DNA of 64,000 nucleotides from an uncultured bacterium (lineage in GTDB: Bacteria; Chlamydiota; Chlamydiia; Chlamydiales; SM23-39): the NCBI GenBank assembly GCA_963716985.1, contig OY970323.1:32001-96000 (forward strand), given 5' to 3'. Positions 18,444 to 29,390 of this stretch are shown one piece after another. Position numbers and translations under genes: made by a program. A model generated the notes under the pieces. That model saw only the letters and a list, made by a program, of their open reading frames with translations, did not search any database and was not told the origin of the DNA. Every line of letters begins with the position of its first letter. Position 1 is the first letter of the stretch.

Positions 18444-19631
18444 TTAACAACTTTTCTCCCCGTTTTTGGGTAAAAAGTGCACGATTTCCTCTACATAGCC
18501 TTTGCGCATCCAATAGGGATATCGCTCGATTTGCGCATCTTTCTTCCTCTCGCTTATTAGCTCTTTCACCGTAAAAGGATTGATTTCGTGATTGATCGAC
18601 AAAAACATACCGGAAACACTTTCTATTCGATTCCAATATTCACGCGCACTCTTTGGATCCATTTCCGTAAGCGAGTCCACATTTACAATGAGATCATAAT
18701 AAGCAGTGGTTTGGCCAAAAAACTCTTGGGGAGTAAGGATTTTTATTCTCTCTTCCGGATGCGATGCTTCTTCTCCGGAAAGGATCACCTGGGTTTCCCC
18801 CAAAGTTGCAGCTAAAAAATAACCGGAAGCCATTGAGGTAAAGGGAAGGTCCACAATGGTATAATCGTTCATTCCAAAGAGTCGTGCATAATAGGCCGTT
18901 CGTCCTACCCCAGCGCCGATTTCAAGAACGCGCGGATGGGGAACCCCTTGAAGAAGCTGTTTGATACGCCATGCTTGATAAAGTGCTTGGGGCACTCGAT
19001 AAGAAACAACACCCTTCGTTGTTTGCACACCCTCTTCATCGGGATAGGGATTGGGAAAGGAAATTTCCTGCCCCAAAAACTCCTCAATACTCTTCACAAC
19101 GTCATCAGCTGTCCAAGATGTAGGCAAAGAAATACTTTCGGGATTATATAATCGAATCGCGCCGATCGCTTCGGCAAACCGCATCAACCCATCAAGACAA
19201 ACCGCGCCATGACCATATCTGCTTTCAGAAGAAGAAAAACTAGTCATTACAGACTTCGCAAGATTATCAATCCCCCAAAAAAAATCTGAAGAAGCGGGAT
19301 TTCTAAGAATATCGCCTGCCTCAACAACATCGCCCTTCAGAAAAATTTGATGAATCGGCAAGTGCTTTTCATTGAAAATGCTCTGCCACATGGAATTTCC
19401 ACGATTTTCCACCACTTCTGCAGATCGTCGATAAGATTCTAGGAGACGCTTGACAATCGAAAGGGCATCAACTTTTGTCTCTATGTTTGCTCGACCAGCC
19501 ACTGAATCTATCCCATTTAAGAGACGAAAAACAGGCGGCTCTCCACCGTTCAAAAAAGGTCTTTTTAAAAACATCCTCAACAATCGTTTCGCTATTCGCT
19601 TCGATTGTGCAACCCACATGCCCATCGCCAT
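18444..19631 (-). CDS. Putative sugar O-methyltransferase
   Basis: VLEIGAGVGRTA, YTIVDLP, DLIVNVDSLTEM. Located in the glycan locus. Confidence 0.7.
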   Translation of the reverse strand: MAMGMWVAQSKRIAKRLLRMFLKRPFLNGGEPPVFRLLNGIDSVAGRANIETKVDALSIVKRLLESYRRSAEVVENRGNSMWQSIFNEKHLPIHQIFLKGDVVEAGDILRNPASSDFFWGIDNLAKSVMTSFSSSESRYGHGAVCLDGLMRFAEAIGAIRLYNPESISLPTSWTADDVVKSIEEFLGQEISFPNPYPDEEGVQTTKGVVSYRVPQALYQAWRIKQLLQGVPHPRVLEIGAGVGRTAYYARLFGMNDYTIVDLPFTSMASGYFLAATLGETQVILSGEEASHPEERIKILTPQEFFGQTTAYYDLIVNVDSLTEMDPKSAREYWNRIESVSGMFLSINHEINPFTVKELISERKKDAQIERYPYWMRKGYVEEIVHFLPKNGEKSC

Positions 19632-19761
19632 CCTCTCATAATTTATTAAAATCTTCTCCTGAAAGAGAAATTCTTTGCAATTGATAAAGCTTAAAAGAAA
19701 CTTGCCTCCAAATAATTCTAGAAGAATGGCGGCGCATCATGACAAAAAAACATTAAACCCA

Positions 19762-20961
19762 TCAAAGAAGAAGCTGCTTTGCTTTCGAAAAAACGTCTTC
19801 TTCTTTTAAGAGCAAAAGACAGTTTCGAGAAGAGCATCGATTATTGAAACAAGGAAAGCATTCCATCGGAGCATGAAGAGTTCTTGCACTCGGCGGACAC
19901 CAATGAAGGGGAGAATTCATCCCGGAAAAAAGAACGAGTGTTGGAGTTCCAAAAGCACAAGCAATGTGCACCAAGGCCGTATCGATCGAAATCAATAGCT
20001 TTGCATTTTGAATGCAAACAACGAGCTCTTGCCAATCTAGCGCATCGCATAAGCTTTGTGCTTTCGACAGGCCCTGCATCACAGAGGCGATCTTTTCTTT
20101 CTCGACAGATCCCCTTCCCGTAAAAACCACAAAAACATCCTCATCTGCGAATCTTTTTGCAAGATTTTTCCACTTCTCTAAAAGCCACTCTTTTTTTTCA
20201 ACGCCCGATCCTATGTGAAGAATCACATACCCCTTTTCTTGAGCCGGAAGCGAAAGCTTTCTAGAAAGAGATGCCGTTTCTTTTTCTCCTACCGGACTGA
20301 GAGAGGGTTGGATATCTTGCAAAAAAAGCTCTTGGATCCCAAGTTTTTTGAGAAGATCCTTATAATATCCGGAAACGTAATGCTCCTGATCGCTCCAGTT
20401 CATAGGATCGGTTAGAAGAGAGCCAAAGCCTCCGCTCGCATAGCCGATGCGGCAAGGAATGTGCGCACATGCGATGAGAAAAATTGCATTGGGAAAATGA
20501 AAATTAAGATCGATTGCGGCGTCATAGCGAATTTTTCTCAGCTCGCGATAGGCGCGAAAAAAACTTTTGTAATAGCGAATAACTTTTTTCCAAAGAGGTT
20601 TCTCGGATCGGTTATTTTTCCAATGGTCTAGAACGTGCAGATGATCAATGTCGGGATGACCTTCTAAAACAACTTGGGACCAGGAGCCTAAGACAAAGCC
20701 AATGGCTGCATGCGGAAATGCTTTTTTTACAACGGGAAGAACCGATGTGGCAATCACCAGATCGCCCAAATGGCCCGTGTGGCAAAAAAGAATCTTCCGG
20801 TAAGAAGTTTTGGGCAAAGGCCTTTTGGAAATTGTGAAGAGAGAAAAAAAACCATCCGTTGTCTTTAAGAAAAGATAGAGCAGGGGATGTTGGACCAGAT
20901 ATCTGCCCATAAGAGGAGAGCGTTTTTTTTGCCGACTACTCCAAAATTTCGATATTTTCAT
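19762..20961 (-). CDS. Glycosyltransferase family 9 (heptosyltransferase-like)
   Basis: [44 protein letters not shown]. Confidence 0.9.
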   Translation of the reverse strand: MKISKFWSSRQKKRSPLMGRYLVQHPLLYLFLKTTDGFFSLFTISKRPLPKTSYRKILFCHTGHLGDLVIATSVLPVVKKAFPHAAIGFVLGSWSQVVLEGHPDIDHLHVLDHWKNNRSEKPLWKKVIRYYKSFFRAYRELRKIRYDAAIDLNFHFPNAIFLIACAHIPCRIGYASGGFGSLLTDPMNWSDQEHYVSGYYKDLLKKLGIQELFLQDIQPSLSPVGEKETASLSRKLSLPAQEKGYVILHIGSGVEKKEWLLEKWKNLAKRFADEDVFVVFTGRGSVEKEKIASVMQGLSKAQSLCDALDWQELVVCIQNAKLLISIDTALVHIACAFGTPTLVLFSGMNSPLHWCPPSARTLHAPMECFPCFNNRCSSRNCLLLLKEEDVFSKAKQLLL

Positions 20962-22918
20962 AGGATCTCAATAGGTCTCTAAAATGGGCGGCATCTTCGA
21001 ACCGAAGCTCTTTTGCAGCTATTTTCATCTCCTTGCGATACTCTTTGATCTTCTCCTCAATCACTCCGATCTTATCCTTTTTATTGTAAAGCTGCTTGAC
21101 TTCTTTTTCTTCCGGGGCCATCCCAAAGGTTTCTTCAAGGTCTTCAATGCGCGCCTTTTGAATCGTTTGGGGGACAATGCCATGCTCTTTGTTATACGCT
21201 TCCTGAATCAATCGTCTTTTTTCCGTGATTTCGATCGCTTCTCGAATCGCATCGGTTTTGCGATCGGCATACATAATCACGCGGCCCAAAACATTGCGCG
21301 CGGCCCTTCCGCAGGTTTGAATTAATGCCGTCTCGCTTCGTAGGAAACCCTGCTTGTCTGCGTCGAGGATCGCAACGAGCGTCACTTCGGGAATGTCGAG
21401 TCCTTCGCGCAAAAGATTGATGCCCACCAAAACCTCGAAATGTCCCAGACGGAGTTCTTTGATGATATGGATTCTCTCCAAGGTGTCCACATCGGAATGG
21501 AGATATTTGGCGCGCACTCCGATTTCCGTTAAAAATTTCGTCATGTCTTCGGCCAATTTTTTGGTGAGCGTTGTCACCAGCACACGGCCCTTCTTTTCTG
21601 TTTCTTTGCGAATTTCTTCCAAAACATCGTCGATCTGCCCCTCGGCTTTTTTGACTTCAATGGAGGGGTCTAGAAGGCCTGTGGGACGAATGATCTGCTG
21701 CACCACCTCTCCTCCGGCCTCTCCAACCTCCCAAGGGGAAGGAGTGGCTGACACGTAAACGACCTGATGGATTCGCTCTTGAATCTCTTCAAATCTTAAG
21801 GGCCGATTGTCAAAGGCAGAGGGAAGACGAAAGCCAAACGCAACAAGCGCCTCTTTGCGCGCTCTGTCTCCATTATACATCGCATGCATTTGGGGAATCG
21901 TCTGGTGCGACTCGTCCACAAAAAGCAAAAAGTCTTTCGGAAAATATTCGAGAAGACAGGGAGGAGGATCTCCTGCCTTGCGATGAGAAAAGTGGCGGGA
22001 GTAATTCTCAATTCCCTTGCAAAAACCAATCTCCTGAATCATCTCAAGATCGTAAAGAGTTCTCTCTTTGATGCGCTGTTTTTCCACGAGTTTTTCTTCT
22101 GCTTCGAATTGGGCGATGCGCTCTCCCAATTCTTTGCGAATCGATTCAATTGCAGAAATGCGCACATCTTCGGGCGTCACATAGTGAGATCCCGGATAGA
22201 CGGAAAGGCGATCGACCAATCTTTTTGTCTTTCCGGTCAGAGGATCGATCTCGCTGATTTTTTCCACCTCATCGCCAAAAAATTCGATGCGATAGCCAAG
22301 GTCCTCTTCGTAGGCAGGAACTATTTCGACCACATCTCCCCGCGCACGAAAGGAGGCGCGCACAAGGTCCATGTCGCTTCGCTTATAATGCATCTCCACA
22401 AGATGGAGCAAAAGATCATCCCTGCGAATTTGCTGTTTGATGTGCAAAGAAAGCACCATTTTTGCGTAATATTCGGGCAGTCCCAAGCCATAAATGCAAG
22501 AAATGGAAGAGACGATGATCACGTCTTTTCTTTCAATCAAAGAGCGCGTTGCGCTCAAGCGCATCTTATCGATGCGATCGTTGATTGCCAGATCCTTTTC
22601 AATATAAGTATCGGTTCTGGGAATGTAGGCTTCGGGCTGGTAATAATCATAATAGGAAACAAAATACTCCACCGCATTGTCGGGGAAAAAAGATTTGAAT
22701 TCCTGATAGAGCTGCGCGGCAAGCGTCTTATTGTGAGCTAAGACGAGGGTGGGCTTTTGCACATTTTGGATCACGTGCGCCATGGTAAAAGTTTTGCCGG
22801 AGCCGGTGATCCCTAAGAGAACCTGCGCCCTCTTTTCATCGACAATGCCGCGTGTGATTTTTTGAATCGCTTGAGGCTGATCACCGCGAGGGATAAAAGA
22901 AGTGTTTAAACGAAACAT
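20936..22918 (-). CDS. uvrB: Excinuclease ABC subunit B
   Basis: [46 protein letters not shown]-terminal UVR domain. Confidence 0.98.
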   Translation of the reverse strand: MFRLNTSFIPRGDQPQAIQKITRGIVDEKRAQVLLGITGSGKTFTMAHVIQNVQKPTLVLAHNKTLAAQLYQEFKSFFPDNAVEYFVSYYDYYQPEAYIPRTDTYIEKDLAINDRIDKMRLSATRSLIERKDVIIVSSISCIYGLGLPEYYAKMVLSLHIKQQIRRDDLLLHLVEMHYKRSDMDLVRASFRARGDVVEIVPAYEEDLGYRIEFFGDEVEKISEIDPLTGKTKRLVDRLSVYPGSHYVTPEDVRISAIESIRKELGERIAQFEAEEKLVEKQRIKERTLYDLEMIQEIGFCKGIENYSRHFSHRKAGDPPPCLLEYFPKDFLLFVDESHQTIPQMHAMYNGDRARKEALVAFGFRLPSAFDNRPLRFEEIQERIHQVVYVSATPSPWEVGEAGGEVVQQIIRPTGLLDPSIEVKKAEGQIDDVLEEIRKETEKKGRVLVTTLTKKLAEDMTKFLTEIGVRAKYLHSDVDTLERIHIIKELRLGHFEVLVGINLLREGLDIPEVTLVAILDADKQGFLRSETALIQTCGRAARNVLGRVIMYADRKTDAIREAIEITEKRRLIQEAYNKEHGIVPQTIQKARIEDLEETFGMAPEEKEVKQLYNKKDKIGVIEEKIKEYRKEMKIAAKELRFEDAAHFRDLLRSYENIEILE

Positions 22919-23038
22919 GGGACATCAAATTTTTCCCTTCAGCATAGCGCGTATGAGGGAAAAAGAAGAGACCTTTTTTATGAAGACGAGCGAGAACACC
23001 ACCAGCCTCGTGCTGGTGGATGAGAGCTCGCCCATTAA

Positions 23039-23408
23039 CTAACCTCGTGATTTTTGAGTTTCAATGTATTTTCTCACGGAATCTTCTGTGATATGCCCAA
23101 CTGTTGCATAATATGTGCCCTTGCTCCAAAGTCCAGATCCCCAAAATTTTCTACTTTTCAGTTGAGGGAATCTATTGAAAAGATGTACGGCGGAGATAGA
23201 TTTCAATGTTTTGGCAATTGCAACGGGTGCAGTTTGGGGAGTGGCCCGGACAAAAATATGTACATGGTCTGGCATAATAATGAGCATATGCTTCTGCTAA
23301 GACCTTTTTCCATTCAATTTCAATGGCATCTTTTAGAATCTGATGACAATATTTTGGGCACCAAATGATGTGATATCCAAGAAAAAATTTTGCGTGATTT
23401 GTTGCCAT
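23039..23408 (-). pseudogene. tnpA: IS200/IS605 Y1 transposase, frameshifted and internally deleted
   Basis: NHAKFFLGYHIIWCPKY in one frame; MPDHVH (HUH)..LWSKGTYYATVG..VRKYIETQ in another. Confidence 0.9.
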
Positions 23409-23437
23409 CGCCAACCTATAAGTACAATACATTACCC

Positions 23438-24574
23438 ATGAAAAGAACGGTGCCAATTCCAATCACACTCAATCCCTCTTCCTTTCTGCCTCTTATGGAG
23501 TGCTGTGCTCATATTTTCAACGACCATGTCGATTGGGCGCTCGAAAACAAACCATGTAATAAATCAAAGGCTCATGCAGCCCTCTATGAACAGATGAAAG
23601 AAAAACATCCGGATGTCCCGACAGCATTCATACAGACCGCTCGAGACACTGCCATGGAATCGGTCAAGGGCACGTCTTTTAAAAAAAGACCCCGGAAGAA
23701 AAAACATTCCGGCCTTCGCTTTGACAAACGAACGATGAACTTGCGGGGAGAACAACTCACTTTGTCGAGTATGGGTAAAAGAGAAAGGGTAATACTGAAC
23801 ATACCCGATTACTTCCGTCCTATTTTCGATTCTTGGAAATTAAAAGGCGCTACATTAACTTATAGCGTAAAAACAAAGCAATTTTGGATCCGTCTTGTCT
23901 ATGAAACAGAGTCGCCCGCTCTAAAAACAGAGGGTAAGGTTTTTGGGATCGATCGGGGGATACGGCAACTCGCAGTTACTTCCGAGGGACAATTTTTTTC
24001 AAATAGTACGATTCGCGCATCCCAGCGCCGTTATTTGTACAACAGGAAGACAGCTCAGGCAAAAGGCACTCCTTCTGCTCGTAGTCGATTAAAGGCTATG
24101 AGTGGAAAAGAGAAGCGGTTCAGCCGTGACGTCAACCACCGAGTTACCAAGCAGCTTGTAAGTTTAAGCGATGTAAAAACCTATGTTCTTGAAGACTTGA
24201 AGGGCATACGTAACAAGCGTCGAGGAAGAAAACTCAATAAGAGATTGGGCAGTTGGCCTTTTCATCAGTTTGGTTTTTTTCTTACTTATAAGGCGGAAAT
24301 GCTTGGCAAAGAGGTTGTCTATGTGGATGCATATTATACAAGCAGAAAATGCAGCTGTTGCAAAACAATTCAAAAGAACAACAGGAAGAAATCAAAATAT
24401 CACTGCAACCAATGCAATTTTCAGCTTCACGCAGATTGGAATGCTGCGATCAACATAAGAGATAGTTACATACTCTCTTCTACGCAAAAAGTGTCTGAAG
24501 AGCAGGCTGCTGTCATCCAGCCATATGTGACGATCGGAAACGGTCAGTCACAAGCCTATTGCCTTGTGCAGTAG
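23438..24574 (+). CDS. tnpB: RNA-guided endonuclease TnpB
   Basis: RuvC-I GIDRG, RuvC-II VLEDL, Zn finger CSCC..CNQC, RuvC-III HADWNAAINI. All three catalytic acidic residues are present. Confidence 0.93.
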   Translation: MKRTVPIPITLNPSSFLPLMECCAHIFNDHVDWALENKPCNKSKAHAALYEQMKEKHPDVPTAFIQTARDTAMESVKGTSFKKRPRKKKHSGLRFDKRTMNLRGEQLTLSSMGKRERVILNIPDYFRPIFDSWKLKGATLTYSVKTKQFWIRLVYETESPALKTEGKVFGIDRGIRQLAVTSEGQFFSNSTIRASQRRYLYNRKTAQAKGTPSARSRLKAMSGKEKRFSRDVNHRVTKQLVSLSDVKTYVLEDLKGIRNKRRGRKLNKRLGSWPFHQFGFFLTYKAEMLGKEVVYVDAYYTSRKCSCCKTIQKNNRKKSKYHCNQCNFQLHADWNAAINIRDSYILSSTQKVSEEQAAVIQPYVTIGNGQSQAYCLVQ

Positions 24575-24603
24575 GTAGTTGACTGCAAAGCTCTTTTTTT
24601 CAC
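24430..24603 (+). ncRNA. Predicted TnpB omega-RNA (reRNA) with 3' guide TGCAAAGCTCTTTTTTTCAC
   Basis: Inferred from the known TnpB architecture: scaffold overlapping the tnpB 3' end and the right end, guide taken from the flank after 24583. The 5' boundary is approximate. Confidence 0.55.
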
Positions 24604-26214
24604 ACGCCTCATTTCCTGCCCCATGCGGCCCAGCTCATATCCTTCAAAATCGACAAATCGAAAAAATCTTTCAAACGCCGGGAGTACAATGCAAACTTGG
24701 CGCACCATTTCTTGGGCAACGGCGCGATAATTCGGATGGCCCGCGGGAGAGGATCTAAGCTCAGAGAGCCATTGAAGAGAGCGTAAATTGACGTGGAAAT
24801 ACCAGCGCATATGATAGGCCATCGGAACAACGTATTGCGCCTCTTCCGGAAGCTCTGTCGCAATGAGATCGTAGGCCTTTTTTGCCTCTTCCATAGCTTG
24901 AACATATTCTTTTTCCATCGCACTTCCCACAATTTCACGAGGCAAGAAATACCCATAATGGCAGCCGAGAAGCTGCCTTTCCTGAGTCAGCATGCGATGG
25001 CGTTGCAAATCCCGATAGATGCCGAAATCGGCCACTATCTCAAAAGTAAAAGAGGCCCTTTCGAGTGCGCGCGGAGATTTATGGCGGCGATTCTCTCTAG
25101 AAAAACACGCGGCATCTAAAATGCGCGCCACATCCTCTTCGGGAATATGGCGAACGTAAGATTCAAGATCGGAAAGGCTTGCGTCTAAATGTTCAAAGAG
25201 GAGCGCAGATGCTACTTTTGCGGGAGCGTCAGGATCGTGCGCAATGAGAAAAACGCCCGCATCTCTTCTCTCGGGAATGTTGGGCCTATGGGTTTTTGCA
25301 AGCAGATGCAACTCCTCTCTCATCTGTTCGGAAAAATCGACATAGGCCTGTGTGTATTTGCTCGCAGGATCGGCCCTCTTGACAAATGAGGGAATTGTCT
25401 TGGTCAATTCTCCCAGCATCTCTTTCGAAATCTCCCGTAGCTCGGAGAGATTGTGAACGCTGAGCTTGCGAATGACATGTTCAAAAAACCGGCCATTGCC
25501 AAAAAGGCCCAGATTAGTCAGGCTGCTTGCCGGAAGAAGTCCGCGCAAGCAGTCCAATACCTTGGCGCGAAGAGCAGCCGTATAGGCAGCCTTCGATACG
25601 TGGCTGTCTTTCGGAAGTTTTTCTTCCATTTGCAGAGTGAGTGGCGGAATCAGTTTGCTATAGGTTTCAAAAAGCCGATTGCACGTTTGCAAGTAAAGAT
25701 CGCGATAGGCAGAGGTCATGAGCACGGGTTCTTTATAAAAGAGGTACTCTCCATCTACCTTCTGATCGAAATAAATATACCTCGTAGACTTCTCGAGCGG
25801 CGAGCCGCCAATGCGATTGTCCTCAAGGCCCTTGGCGCCAATCATCGAGATATTTTCAACCGCAAGATGCGCGCCTCCAAGCTCGGCAATGGAATCATCT
25901 CCAAAGCCATCCAGGATGCGATCGTAAAAATCATGGGCTTTTTTGATCGCCGTCATCTGCTCTTCTTCTGCATTTTCGGAAGAAGAAAGAGTGGGGCCGA
26001 CAATCGAGGAAAAAGCAGAATCTTCGTTGAGAATAAACTCTTTTAAAAGAAGGGACCTTAATCCCAGGTTGGACCGAGAATAGCGAGAAAAAAGAGCTCC
26101 CTTGATCACTTCGGGAAGATTGCGCAAAACAAAAACGTTCCCCGAGGTGTTAGAAACAAAACCGCTCAATACTTTTTTTTGATGCTCGGTAAACTCCTCC
26201 AGACCTTGCGTCAT
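24556..26214 (-). CDS. thyX: FAD-dependent thymidylate synthase, chlamydial tandem-domain type
   Basis: GALFSRYSRS, GFGDDSIAELGGAH, LEKSTRY, second domain RDLQRHR..ELRSSPAGHPNYR. The last 8 residues are encoded by the IS end. Confidence 0.92.
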   Translation of the reverse strand: MTQGLEEFTEHQKKVLSGFVSNTSGNVFVLRNLPEVIKGALFSRYSRSNLGLRSLLLKEFILNEDSAFSSIVGPTLSSSENAEEEQMTAIKKAHDFYDRILDGFGDDSIAELGGAHLAVENISMIGAKGLEDNRIGGSPLEKSTRYIYFDQKVDGEYLFYKEPVLMTSAYRDLYLQTCNRLFETYSKLIPPLTLQMEEKLPKDSHVSKAAYTAALRAKVLDCLRGLLPASSLTNLGLFGNGRFFEHVIRKLSVHNLSELREISKEMLGELTKTIPSFVKRADPASKYTQAYVDFSEQMREELHLLAKTHRPNIPERRDAGVFLIAHDPDAPAKVASALLFEHLDASLSDLESYVRHIPEEDVARILDAACFSRENRRHKSPRALERASFTFEIVADFGIYRDLQRHRMLTQERQLLGCHYGYFLPREIVGSAMEKEYVQAMEEAKKAYDLIATELPEEAQYVVPMAYHMRWYFHVNLRSLQWLSELRSSPAGHPNYRAVAQEMVRQVCIVLPAFERFFRFVDFEGYELGRMGQEMRRVKKRALQSTTYCTRQ

Positions 26215-26310
26215 TGGACAGCTCCTTTTTTTTGTAACCAAAACCAAACCATTCAAGGTTCGAGAAGAAAAGAAATCCTAGCACTATAAAAGAAAGAGTG
26301 AAAATTAAAA

Positions 26311-28461
26311 TCAATTTAAATCCTCTCTCTCCTCATGTAAAATAGGAAATAAAGACTTGCCCGTTTTTGCTCGCGCGCCCACATCTCTGAGCCAGGCCGA
26401 CATTCCATAGCCGATTTTGGAGCGGCTGCTTTTATTCATGAACCAATCGAGCGGCATAGAAAAAGAAAACCCCTTATCAAAATAACGCTTCCCATTCACA
26501 CGATCGCCGCCGTCCGTCACCGTTATCCAAAGAGAAAAATGAAAGCCCGAAGAAAAATACCGCGTCCATTCCAAGCGCATTCCCTTATCTCTGGCCAAAA
26601 ATTGACCTAAAGTGACCTTAAAATAGGTCTCCAGGGGACGAAAATCATAATAAAATTCCAAAAAATATTGCAGCCCAACGTAAGGCACATGGTGGAGAAT
26701 ATTGTTCTGAGAAAGCTTTCGAACCTTTGTTTGAAAAGAGAGCCCCGAATATTTTCGTTTCATCACGCTTGCTATCTCGCATCCGACCGCCCATGAGGAG
26801 GAAACGGGATAATAAAGAGCCTCAAAAGCCGCCCCCGCATAGGCAATCTCAAAATATCCAAGGCTGGATCTTGCAAAAAAACCATGAGAGCAATTCCAAT
26901 GTTTTTGCAAATAGGCCGTTTGGAGGTGAAGCGACTGTTTCTGATTGTAGCGGACCGTGTCCGAGCGCACTTGCAGAAGATGGGATGGATTCAGAAAATC
27001 CCGCCCCCCCATTCTCCTCGTGCTGGAAGAAATAATATAGGAGGCGCAAAGATCATAATAAATCTGATCCATGAGATACCCTTGCGGTCCCGTGATTAAA
27101 TGCAGATCATATTTGAACTTTCCGCTCGTACTTCCAAAATAGGAAATAAATCCCGGCCTGAACGTCCAAAGCCAGATCGATTTTTTGCGATGATAGAGAA
27201 GAGCATCTTCATAAAATGTGGGAGTACGTGACGCCTCTCTCAAAGGAGTAAGAAGATGCAGCTCGTAATCTCCCATTTCTCCTTTTGCCCAACGCTCCAG
27301 ATCTTTCATGCGGAAGAGATATTCATGAACAGCAAGTCCATCAGCTTCCACTACCACAGTCACGGTTGTAATATCTCTTGGCGTTAAGGAAGAGCAAAGG
27401 CGCTCAATCCTCTCGCGCACCCTCCCCTCTTCTCGATAGGAAACATTGACCACCTTCATCCAAAGATGTTTGTTTTTCTCCGCATCCACTCTGAGATAAA
27501 GAGTCATGAGATCCAGGCCTTGTTCATGAAAAGCATGACACAGCTCTTGTGTCAGCTCTTCTTCACAGCGCCTGCCTCCTAAGGGCTCCACATCCACCGG
27601 GGCCGTATAAAGCGGAGGGTCTTTAAATTTAGGGAAAAGACCTCTCGCTTTGCCAATGTTGTAGTCAAAAGCAGCGAGTGCCGCAAGATCGTTTCCCCGA
27701 AGGGAACTTGCTGCAAGCCGGAAACCGGGACCTACTTGATACTGGATGCCCGCATTCACGCGAGAGCGCACCCTCCTTCCCCCGGGATGTTCCGCAATGT
27801 GATGTTTGTAGTCATTGGCATCATATTCGATCGCAAAAGAAAGCCCCTTAAAAAGGCTTCGATCAAAAGGGCTCCAAACAATTCCTCCGAAAGCACCTCG
27901 GATGCGTCCGCATCCCCAACCGAGCGTGAGCTCCAGGCGCTCTTTCAAAAGCTCTTGGGTCGCAACCGCATAAAAGCTATGAAATCTTTTCGACCCCAAA
28001 AAATCATTCATTCCTAAAGCAAATTCGGGCAGATAGGGAATGCCATCCTCTTTTCGCAAAAGAGCGACCTTAATGTTGAGAGAGCGTTCGGCATCATCTC
28101 CAAATCCAAAACGGCCAAAGTTGGTTTCGGGAATTCCCTTAAAAACCCAATAATTTCCCGTAAGCTCCACGTGATGAAAATACTGAAAAGCAACGCTATA
28201 GACTCGATAGGGGGGAATATAGGAAAAACCAAGGGCAGCGCTTCCTTCCGCAAGCATGCGGGCAGACGGCATGGTAAAAATGCCTCCCTGCATTTGATCA
28301 TTTAAAAGAACGGGAAGCCTTTCATGAATCTTCTCGTCGATTTGCAAAACGCTCTCTAAATCTCTGAAAAGCTTCTCCTCCTTTTGCAACGGACAAATCT
28401 CTTCTTCGCCAAAGATAACAGATGAAAAAAGGGGGAGTGCCAACAAAAAAACCCATCTCAT
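26311..28461 (-). CDS. YjbH-domain outer membrane protein
   Basis: Signal peptide, GIFTMPSARM, EYDANDY, GYFEIAYAG, GQFLARDKG, YFDKGF. Confidence 0.85.
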   Translation of the reverse strand: MRWVFLLALPLFSSVIFGEEEICPLQKEEKLFRDLESVLQIDEKIHERLPVLLNDQMQGGIFTMPSARMLAEGSAALGFSYIPPYRVYSVAFQYFHHVELTGNYWVFKGIPETNFGRFGFGDDAERSLNIKVALLRKEDGIPYLPEFALGMNDFLGSKRFHSFYAVATQELLKERLELTLGWGCGRIRGAFGGIVWSPFDRSLFKGLSFAIEYDANDYKHHIAEHPGGRRVRSRVNAGIQYQVGPGFRLAASSLRGNDLAALAAFDYNIGKARGLFPKFKDPPLYTAPVDVEPLGGRRCEEELTQELCHAFHEQGLDLMTLYLRVDAEKNKHLWMKVVNVSYREEGRVRERIERLCSSLTPRDITTVTVVVEADGLAVHEYLFRMKDLERWAKGEMGDYELHLLTPLREASRTPTFYEDALLYHRKKSIWLWTFRPGFISYFGSTSGKFKYDLHLITGPQGYLMDQIYYDLCASYIISSSTRRMGGRDFLNPSHLLQVRSDTVRYNQKQSLHLQTAYLQKHWNCSHGFFARSSLGYFEIAYAGAAFEALYYPVSSSWAVGCEIASVMKRKYSGLSFQTKVRKLSQNNILHHVPYVGLQYFLEFYYDFRPLETYFKVTLGQFLARDKGMRLEWTRYFSSGFHFSLWITVTDGGDRVNGKRYFDKGFSFSMPLDWFMNKSSRSKIGYGMSAWLRDVGARAKTGKSLFPILHEEREDLN

Positions 28462-28625
28462 CAAATTTCCGTCTCGGATCAAAAAAAGTTGCTGCGCGCT
28501 TAACTCTATATCACGAAAAATCTTGCAAATCAAGAAAGATGGAGAGATAGAAACGGAAAAAAATAATTTGCAAGCAACGTAAAAAACAATTAAGATTTTC
28601 TCTTTTAAAAATAGATGAGACTCGC

Positions 28626-29390
28626 ATGGAAAGAAAACGACTGACCTCTTTATTAATGATCCTGACATTTTCTATTTTTGGATTACTGCTTGGTTCCGAT
28701 TTGTTTGCAAAAGACAAACAAAAAAGAGGCTTCTCCAGAGAAGAGCTTCTCATTGCCCACGTAAAAAACTCCTTGCATCAAGCAGAGAAAACTGCATTTT
28801 CTCTCAATTCCGCCATTCTGCATATCGATAGCCGATCAAGCCCCAAGATCGGGTGCTTTCTTAACCACCTCTGCACTCTTGCGGATACTTGCTATTTAGA
28901 GATCGGATGCCGGAAAGGAGCCACCCTCGCTGCGGCCCTTTTTCATAATGAATCCAACGTCGCTCACGCCATTGCCATTGATCTCTGGGCAGAAAAGGAA
29001 GAGACAAGGGCAGATTTCTTGCACAATATAGAAACCTTCATTCCAAACGCTCATTTGAGAATCTACGATACCGACTGCTTTCAGATCAAAAATTCAGAAG
29101 TTTTTCCAAGGGCCGTCAACATCTACTTTTATGACGGAAGCCACAAAGCGCCCGACCAAGAAATGGCCTTCACCTATTTTAATGACGTTTTTGACGATCT
29201 ATTCATTGCGATCGTCAATGATTGGAATTCTCCCGGAGTAGAGCTTGCCTCTAGAAATGCCTTTCAAAAACTTGGATATCAGATTCTTTATGAAAAAAAA
29301 CTCAATCCGAATATCAACCGAGACCACTCTTTTTGGAAGAATGAATTGTACATAGCAGTAATCAAAAAAAAGTCTTGCAACTGCTATTAA
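28626..29390 (+). CDS. Class I SAM-dependent methyltransferase (Methyltransf_24-like) with signal-peptide-like N-terminus
   Basis: YLEIGCRKGAT, AIDLW, IYFYDGSH, IVNDWN. Hydrophobic N-terminus ending DLFA. Confidence 0.75.
   Translation: MERKRLTSLLMILTFSIFGLLLGSDLFAKDKQKRGFSREELLIAHVKNSLHQAEKTAFSLNSAILHIDSRSSPKIGCFLNHLCTLADTCYLEIGCRKGATLAAALFHNESNVAHAIAIDLWAEKEETRADFLHNIETFIPNAHLRIYDTDCFQIKNSEVFPRAVNIYFYDGSHKAPDQEMAFTYFNDVFDDLFIAIVNDWNSPGVELASRNAFQKLGYQILYEKKLNPNINRDHSFWKNELYIAVIKKKSCNCY

Larger units (their letters stand above)
22982..24583 (+). mobile_element. IS605-group element (divergent tnpA and tnpB)
   Basis: Left-end hairpin CCACCAGC-CTCGT-GCTGGTGG follows a TTAT target motif (22978-22981). 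The right end has a hairpin and ends GTTGAC at 24583. Joining the flanks restores the thyX stop (CAA TAA). Confidence 0.88.

Noticed and set aside
21884..22741. 285-aa plus-strand ORF
   Set aside because: Shadow ORF antisense to uvrB.
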